DNA from: Candidatus Latescibacterota bacterium
Lineage (GTDB): Bacteria > Latescibacterota > UBA2968 > UBA8231
Assembly (NCBI GenBank): GCA_964291625.2
Contig: OZ220089.1
Location: 2,272,001-2,336,000 of the forward strand
Direction of reading: 5' to 3'
Length of the DNA: 64,000 bases
The translations under genes were made by a program, and so were the position numbers. The notes beneath the pieces were generated by a model. It had not been told where the DNA came from. It did no database searches and worked only from the letters and a program-made list of their open reading frames with translations. Of this stretch, positions 57,949 to 64,000 are shown in pieces. Numbering within the stretch: position 1 is the stretch's first letter; each line of letters starts with the position of its first letter.

Positions 57949-59576
57949 CAGTCCAGGACCACCACGTTGCCGAAGGCCCGGCTGCCGGACGCGGTCTCGA
58001 CGCGGAAGAAGTAGACGCCGTTGGCCACCTGGCCGCCGCCGTCGTCCAGGCCGTCCCAGGACTCGCGGTGGTGGCGGCCCCCCGGGCGGCTCTCGCCGTC
58101 CACGAGGGTGCGCACCTTGCGGCTCGAGAAATCGTAGATGTCGACGCTCACCTCGTCCGCCTCGGCCAGGCTGTACACGACCATGCAGCGCTGTCCCCGG
58201 GACGGCGCGAAGGGGCTCGGGGCGGCATAGGTCTTGGCCCCCCGGGCGTCGACCAGCCCCTCCCCCTCGATCATCCGGCCGGTGTCGATGGCCCGCACGC
58301 GCACCGGGAAGCTGAGGACCGTCCAGGTCCGGCCACCGTCCAGGGAACGGCCCAGGCCGTTGTCGGCACCGGCCCACAGGGCGACGCGCCCGTCGGGCAG
58401 GGAGAACCGCTCGACCCCGATGAAGGGGGCCCGCAGGAGATCCTGGTTCAGGATGTCCTGCACCGGCACCTCGACCCAGCTCTGCCCGTGGTCCGGGCTC
58501 AGGAGCAGACCCTCTTCGGTGCCCGCCCACACCGAGTCGGCGGCAAAGGCGAAATCCCAGGCGAAGGTGGGACCCGAGGAGGTCCAGGTGGCGCCGTCGT
58601 CCTCGGTGCGGTGGATGGACCGAACCTGCCCGGGGGGGTCGTCGGTGACGTCGGTACCGACCCAGACGACGGATCTCCCGTCGGGCCGGATCTGCCGCTC
58701 CACCGCCACCCCCCAGTTGGCGGAGAGGTGGCCCGGAAGAGCCTGGCCGGACTCGTCCCGCCGCGACCGGTGCACGGTCCAGGTGCGGCCGAAGTCGAAG
58801 CTGGAGGCCACGCCGAGGGCGGTGCCGATCCACACGGTGTCGCCGTAGGCGGCGACGGAGAAGGTGCGGTGGAGATAGCTCAGGGCGTCGACACTGTCGG
58901 CTTCGGCCTGCGCCCGGGCGATGACGTCCTCGGCAGCACCAGCCCTCTCGAGGCTGTCGACGCGGATCCGTTCGGTCTTGTCGTTGTAGACGATCCTGTC
59001 CGCCCCGCCCGGCAGCACCCGCTCCCAGGTCCGGCCGAAGTCGGTGGAGCGCACCGCCGAGCCGGCGAAGAACGTGGCCCACACGGTGTCGCCCTCGACG
59101 GCCAGCCCGAAACAGGCGTTCTCCACCGGACTCCATGGGCCGTCCTCGAACTCGGGGCGCAGCGTGTCGAAGAGGGCCTCGTTGGAGATCCGCTGCCAAC
59201 GGGCGCCGGCGTCGGTGGACCAGGAGATCCCGCTGCCGACCTGCCGGCTGCGATTGCCCACGGTCAGGGAATCGAAGAGGGTGGCCGCCCAGACCGTGTC
59301 TCCGTGGGCGGCCAGGGCGCTGACCGCACCCCGGCCCAGGCCGTTCTCTTCCGTGAAGGTGACCCAGTCGCCGGCCTCGAAGCCTTCCCCCCGTGAGCGA
59401 TCCAGGCGGGCCAGGCCCCGTTCCGTGGAGACCCACAGGTAGCGGCCGCTCCATACGACATCGGTGATGCTGGAGCCGAGCATGCCCGGCGTCGGGGGTG
59501 ACTCGGCATCCTGCAGAATCCGGTTGGAACGGCGCCGCGGCCGGGTGTCGAGGCCAGGAGCACGGCCACCAGACAC
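57948..59576 (-). CDS. secreted beta-propeller (BNR/Asp-box) protein with FlgD-Ig C-terminal domain; N-terminus probably frameshifted
   Basis: Repeated SxDxGxTW Asp-boxes; YAAPSPFAP..IYD..WDG..VANGVYF CTD; signal-peptide-like segment lies in another frame from ATG 59632. Confidence 0.78.
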   Translation of the reverse strand: MSGGRAPGLDTRPRRRSNRILQDAESPPTPGMLGSSITDVVWSGRYLWVSTERGLARLDRSRGEGFEAGDWVTFTEENGLGRGAVSALAAHGDTVWAATLFDSLTVGNRSRQVGSGISWSTDAGARWQRISNEALFDTLRPEFEDGPWSPVENACFGLAVEGDTVWATFFAGSAVRSTDFGRTWERVLPGGADRIVYNDKTERIRVDSLERAGAAEDVIARAQAEADSVDALSYLHRTFSVAAYGDTVWIGTALGVASSFDFGRTWTVHRSRRDESGQALPGHLSANWGVAVERQIRPDGRSVVWVGTDVTDDPPGQVRSIHRTEDDGATWTSSGPTFAWDFAFAADSVWAGTEEGLLLSPDHGQSWVEVPVQDILNQDLLRAPFIGVERFSLPDGRVALWAGADNGLGRSLDGGRTWTVLSFPVRVRAIDTGRMIEGEGLVDARGAKTYAAPSPFAPSRGQRCMVVYSLAEADEVSVDIYDFSSRKVRTLVDGESRPGGRHHRESWDGLDDGGGQVANGVYFFRVETASGSRAFGNVVVLD

Positions 59577-59624
59577 GGGAGCCCGCCGTATCGAAGGAAG
59601 GGGACGGATGCCGCCGATCGCGCC

Positions 59625-60455
59625 TCAGGCATAGGTGGCGGCGCGCTCGTTCAGCGCCTCCACGGCCTCGCAGCCGATGCCGCAGTCGCCGACCCGCGGG
59701 CCCTCGGGTTCGCCGTGGCTGTCGGAGCCGCCGGACATGAGAAGGCCGTAGCGCCTGGAGATGCTCTGGTAGTGCTCGATCTGGGGCGGCTTGTGGGAGG
59801 GGTGGTAGACCTCGACACCGTCGAGGCCGGCGTCGACGAGCTCGGCGATCACCGTCTCCGAGACGGCCAGACCGGGATGAGCGAGAACGATGACGCCGCC
59901 GAGCTCGTGGACCAGACCGATGACCTCGGCCGCCGGGCTGCGCGGCTTCGGCACGTCGGCGGGCCGGCGGTCGCCGATGAAACGGTGGAAGGCCTCCTCC
60001 TTCGTCGGCACCGCCCCGATGGCGACCATGGCCGCGGCGATGTGGGGGCGTCCCAGGGGCCCGCCGGCGGCCCTCACCAGCACCTCCTCGAGGCTGACTC
60101 CGACACCGAGCTGATTGAGGCGGTGCACGATCGCCTCCCCGCGGTCGCGGCGGCGCTGGTGGAGAAGCTCGACGTAGGAGTCCAGGCGGCGGTCCTCGTA
60201 GTCGATGAAGTAGGCGAGCAGATGCAGTTCGCGGTCGTTGACGTGGGCGCTGAGCTCGGTGCCCGGAACCGTCACCACGCCGAACTCCCGTCCGGCGGCC
60301 GTCGCCTCCGCCACCCCCTCCACGGTGTCGTGGTCGGTCAGGCTCAGGACGCGGACCCCGGCGGAGGCCGCCTCCTCCACCACCTCTCGGGGTGTGCGCT
60401 GGCCGTCGGAGCAGGTCGAATGGGAATGCAGGTCGGCGAGATTGTACTGGGCCAC
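59625..60455 (-). CDS. PHP domain phosphoesterase (TrpH/YciV-like)
   Basis: DLHSHSTCSDG, TDHD, GTELS, GRPHIA, AHP, GGSDSHG. Confidence 0.92.
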   Translation of the reverse strand: MAQYNLADLHSHSTCSDGQRTPREVVEEAASAGVRVLSLTDHDTVEGVAEATAAGREFGVVTVPGTELSAHVNDRELHLLAYFIDYEDRRLDSYVELLHQRRRDRGEAIVHRLNQLGVGVSLEEVLVRAAGGPLGRPHIAAAMVAIGAVPTKEEAFHRFIGDRRPADVPKPRSPAAEVIGLVHELGGVIVLAHPGLAVSETVIAELVDAGLDGVEVYHPSHKPPQIEHYQSISRRYGLLMSGGSDSHGEPEGPRVGDCGIGCEAVEALNERAATYA

Positions 60456-60613
60456 CGGGGGCTTCCTTCAGTCTGGAAATCGAGCGCAACGGAGACGGAA
60501 GTCTCCCGCGGGCGAACAGGGGAAGATAGTGCCCTGCCGGAATCCGCGCGCAGTGCCGTCTCCGACACCGACTACCCCGGCCACGGTTCGGTTCCCCGTT
60601 CCCCGAACCGCGG

Positions 60614-62458
60614 CTAGCTCGCGGCGCCCTCCTGCAGCGGCAGCACGATGTGCGACGGGTGCCCCGGACTGTGGAGGATCGTCTGGTGGGCGATCTCCCA
60701 GCGGCTCTCGAGGCCGAGAGGCCCCCCGGTGTTGGGGTTGACGTCGAAGCGCGGCCAGTTGCTGCTGCTGATGTCCAGGCGGATGCGGTGGCCGCGGCGG
60801 AAGATATTGGATGTCGGATAGAGGTGGAACACGAACTCGTAGGGCGTCCCCGGCTCCATCAGCTCCGGCTGCGTCCAGCCGTTGCGGTAGCGGGCGCGGA
60901 GGATGGAGTCGGTGACGTTCATGGCGAATCCGTCCGGGTAGTCGGCCGACGGCGGATGGACGTCGATGAGCTTGGCGGTGAAGTCGGTGTCCCGCGCCGA
61001 CGAAGCCGCCCACAGATGCATGACGATGTGGCCGGTGACCTCCGTGTCCTCCTCCAGCTCCGGCGTCTGGAAGGTGAGGATGTCGCGGCGGCTGTTCAGC
61101 GGCAGCTCGTCGACGCAGCCGTAGAAGTCGGGCCGGCCCCGCTGGTCGAAGGCGCCGGGCGGGATGATGGTGTCGGCGGCCGAGATGCCACCCCCCATGG
61201 TGGGCACGGGATCCCGGGGGTCGAAGGTGTAGCCGGTGGACTGCGCCTCATCCGCCGCGGGCTCCTCGCGGGTGAGGCCGCCGCCGGCCCGCAGGTACCA
61301 GGACGACTCCACCGTGCCCGGCAGGGGCCAGTCGGGCTCGCTGCGCCAGTAGCCGCCGTGGTCGAGGCGGCGGTCGTAGTCGTGCTTGTTCATCCGCTGG
61401 CTGCCGGTGCCCATGGTGAAGATGCGCACCGGCGACCAGTCGGCGAACTCCGTCTCCATGCCCTTGAGGTAGTGGTCGAACCAGGCCAGCCGCAGGTCGT
61501 TCTGGTTGATGTGCGAGTGGGTCCCGAAGTCGACGTCCCCGGCGTGGGTCACCTCGTAGCCGCCGTGCGTCCAGGGCCCCATGAGCAGGACCTGCGGCGA
61601 CTGCTTGATGTCGCTGAGCTTGCGGTAGCTCGTGGGGGTGTTGCGGGCGTAGGAGTCGTACCAGCCGCCGAGATACAAGGTCGGCACGTCGGCGTGCTCG
61701 TCGTAGTACTCGTCGATGGCGTAGCCCCGCTGCTTCCAGTAGTCGTCGAACTCCCCGTGGGTCAGGATGTCGATGGCCCACTGCTCGTAGGACGGCAGCC
61801 GGCGCAGCACCGTGGCCCCCTTCCGCAGCGGGAACCGGCGCACGATGTCGGGCATGTCCTGGGTGAAGGCCTTCATGATTTCGGCCTGCAGGCCGGGGTC
61901 GGCCATGGCCTCCTTGCTCGTCATGGCCATGCGGAAGACGTATACGTGGAAGCGCTGCTCCAGGGCGCCGTTCTGGCGCATCGAGCCGTGGTAGTAGTTG
62001 GATGCGCCCACGGCCACGACCATGGTCCTCAGGTGCGAGGGCGCCAGAGTCGCGAGGGCGCTCTGGTCGCTGCCGGCGTACGAGCCTCCCATGGTGCCGA
62101 CCTCGCCGTTGCTCCACTCCTGGCCCCCGAGCCACTGGACCGTGTCGAAGCCGTCCGGCGCCTCCCGGGCGAAGGCGTACCACTCCCCCTCGGAGGCGAA
62201 GCGGCCGCGGACGTCCTGGATGACGGTCGCGTACCCCCGCCGGGCGAAGTACTCCGCATTGGTCACCTGCCGCGGCGCCGCCTTGTCGTACGGGGTCCGC
62301 TCGAGGATGACGGGAAAACGGCCGGCCGCGGGATCTTCCCCCACCGCGGGGAGGTAGACGTCGGCGGCGAGCCCCACGCCGTCGCGCATGGGGACCATGA
62401 CGTTCTTCCGGCAGATCACGTCGTAGGCGATGGGGGAACCATCGTATGGAGCCGTCAC
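60614..62458 (-). CDS. CocE/NonD family hydrolase
   Basis: MRDGV, ERTPYDK, QDVRGRFASEG, GGSYAG, GWYD, GPWTH, SSNWPRF; GTG start with AGGAG RBS. Confidence 0.93.
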   Translation of the reverse strand: MTAPYDGSPIAYDVICRKNVMVPMRDGVGLAADVYLPAVGEDPAAGRFPVILERTPYDKAAPRQVTNAEYFARRGYATVIQDVRGRFASEGEWYAFAREAPDGFDTVQWLGGQEWSNGEVGTMGGSYAGSDQSALATLAPSHLRTMVVAVGASNYYHGSMRQNGALEQRFHVYVFRMAMTSKEAMADPGLQAEIMKAFTQDMPDIVRRFPLRKGATVLRRLPSYEQWAIDILTHGEFDDYWKQRGYAIDEYYDEHADVPTLYLGGWYDSYARNTPTSYRKLSDIKQSPQVLLMGPWTHGGYEVTHAGDVDFGTHSHINQNDLRLAWFDHYLKGMETEFADWSPVRIFTMGTGSQRMNKHDYDRRLDHGGYWRSEPDWPLPGTVESSWYLRAGGGLTREEPAADEAQSTGYTFDPRDPVPTMGGGISAADTIIPPGAFDQRGRPDFYGCVDELPLNSRRDILTFQTPELEEDTEVTGHIVMHLWAASSARDTDFTAKLIDVHPPSADYPDGFAMNVTDSILRARYRNGWTQPELMEPGTPYEFVFHLYPTSNIFRRGHRIRLDISSSNWPRFDVNPNTGGPLGLESRWEIAHQTILHSPGHPSHIVLPLQEGAAS

Positions 62459-62531
62459 TCGTGCTCTCCTTGTGGAGGGATTGTCCCGGCCGGGAGCCCC
62501 CGCGCGGACCGGGAGTAGGTCCTTTCCGCGA

Positions 62532-64000
62532 TCAGCTTTCGGAGGCCGGGGAGTCGGGCAGCAGCCCGCGGAACCGGCCGTAGGCCTCCTCCCAGCGGCC
62601 GGCGTCGCCGGAGGGGGTGAAGGTCCGGGGCTCGAAGGAGGCGCGGACCACGGCACGGATATCGCCGACGGAGGCGAGGCGGCCCAAGCCGAGGGCCTGC
62701 ACCAGCAGGTTGCCGATCGCCGTGGCTTCCGCCGGCCCGGCGACGACCGGACGGCTGGTGGCGTCGGCGGTGAGCTGGCAGAGCAGGGTGTTGCGGATGC
62801 CGCCGCCGACGACGTGGATCGGCTCCAGGCGCCGGCCCAGAACCTCCTCGAGGCGCTCGAGGACCCAGCGGTACTTCAGGGCCAGGCTCTCCAGCAGACA
62901 GCGGATCACGGCGCCCTCGCCGGCGGGCTCGGGCTGTCCGGTGTCGCGGCAGAAGGCGGCCACCCGGCCGGGCATGTCCCCCGGAGGCAGGAAGCGCCCG
63001 TCGTCGGGGTCCACGAGGGGACCGAAACCGGGGGCCTCCGCCGCGGCCCGGGTGAGCTCGTCGTAGGAGAGGTCGCGGCCGGCCGCCGCCCAGGTCCGGC
63101 GGCACTCCTGCACCAGCCACAGACCCATGATGTTCTTCAGAAAGCGGAAGGTGCCGCCCACGCCGCCCTCGTTGGTGAAGTTGTACCTCAGGGCGCCGTC
63201 CGAGAGATCCGGGGCCTGCAGCTCGGCGCCCATGAGCGACCACGTTCCGGAGCTGATGTAGGCGAAGTCGGCGCCCTCGGCGGGCACGGCGGCCACGGCG
63301 GCGCCGGTGTCGTGGGTGGCCGGCGCCACCACCGGGATCCCGGAGGCCAGTCCGCAATCGCGGGACACGCTCTCCAGAAGCGGTCCGATCCGCGTGCCCG
63401 GCGGGACGATCTCGGGCAGGATGCCGTGCGGCAGGCCGAAGGCCTCGAGGAGCTCCCTCGACCAGCGCCCCTGCCGCGGATCGTAGAACTGGGTGGTGGT
63501 GGCGTTGGTGAACTCGCAGACCTGCTCCCCCGTGAGGAAGTAGTGCAGCAGGTCGGCCATCATCAGCAGCCGGTGGGCGGCGCCCAGTTGGGGAGCGGAC
63601 TGCTCCTGCATGGACAGCAGTTGGAAGAGGGTGTTGATCGGCAGGAGCTGCACCCCCGTTGCGGCGAACACGCGCTCCCGGGAGACGCGCTCCAGGGCCC
63701 GGTCCAGCACGCCCTCGGTTCGCGGGTCCCGGTAGTGGCGGGGGTTGTCGACGAGAGATCCATCGGCGGCCAGCAGGCCGAAGTCCACCCCCCAGGTGTC
63801 GACCCCCACGGAGGCGATCCCGGCCCCGGCAGCCGCCCGCAGCCCCTGCTTGATCCCGTCGTGCAGGCGCAGCACGTCCCAGTAGAGCCGGTCGAGGACC
63901 GCCGTGCCTCCCGTGGGGAACCGGTGCAGCTCCTCCAGCTCCAGGCGCTCGCCGTCGAAGCGGCCGAGAATGGCGCGGCCGCTCTCGGCGCCGAGGTCGA
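62532..64000 (-). CDS. rhaB: rhamnulokinase (FGGY family), 5'-truncated by window edge
   Basis: DLGAESGR at the window end, DTWGVDF, HDT, SSGTWSL, TNEGG, KNIMGLW, EATAIGN. Confidence 0.88.
   Translation of the reverse strand, partial: DLGAESGRAILGRFDGERLELEELHRFPTGGTAVLDRLYWDVLRLHDGIKQGLRAAAGAGIASVGVDTWGVDFGLLAADGSLVDNPRHYRDPRTEGVLDRALERVSRERVFAATGVQLLPINTLFQLLSMQEQSAPQLGAAHRLLMMADLLHYFLTGEQVCEFTNATTTQFYDPRQGRWSRELLEAFGLPHGILPEIVPPGTRIGPLLESVSRDCGLASGIPVVAPATHDTGAAVAAVPAEGADFAYISSGTWSLMGAELQAPDLSDGALRYNFTNEGGVGGTFRFLKNIMGLWLVQECRRTWAAAGRDLSYDELTRAAAEAPGFGPLVDPDDGRFLPPGDMPGRVAAFCRDTGQPEPAGEGAVIRCLLESLALKYRWVLERLEEVLGRRLEPIHVVGGGIRNTLLCQLTADATSRPVVAGPAEATAIGNLLVQALGLGRLASVGDIRAVVRASFEPRTFTPSGDAGRWEEAYGRFRGLLPDSPASES

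Noticed and set aside
60456-60613. Riboswitch-like alternative stems (ggagacgg/ccgtctcc) upstream of the PHP operon
   Set aside because: Short GC stems are expected by chance, and no known aptamer consensus was recognised.

Overview
High-GC bacterial chromosomal segment, densely coding, with about 62 CDS and one tRNA-Ala(GGC). I saw no rRNA, CRISPR array or transposase. Gene content includes five PhyH dioxygenases, four Gfo/Idh/MocA oxidoreductases, three FlgD-Ig/T9SS-like C-terminal-domain proteins, PorV/PorQ barrels, ankyrin and pentraxin-like proteins. This suggests an FCB-group bacterium such as Ca. Latescibacterota, possibly a marine-invertebrate symbiont (inference only). Housekeeping genes: amt, ogt, hrpA, an MscS-family channel, crcB, tgt-yajC-fmt, a PHP phosphoesterase and a partial rhaB. 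Accessory genes: GmrSD, two vapBC pairs and Fic. The top finding is a gene that the ORF track splits in two (28561-29445). Read through the in-frame TGA at 28774-28776, it encodes a signal-peptide-bearing redoxin with a U-P-Y-C motif fused to a FlgD/T9SS-type sorting domain, with a SECIS-like hairpin just downstream of the TGA. It overlaps a TlpA (WCKPC) gene and converges on a DUF6029-like beta-barrel with a C-terminal CxxxxC, which together form a candidate cell-surface selenol/thiol redox system. Other notable items: a PhyH enzyme with a halogenase-like HxG motif, a tandem pentraxin-like secreted protein, an apparent CTG start codon for fmt, a sigma54-like promoter before an orphan small protein, and a frameshift that separates a signal peptide from a FlgD-domain propeller. 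All family calls come from motif recognition by eye; no database searches were run.
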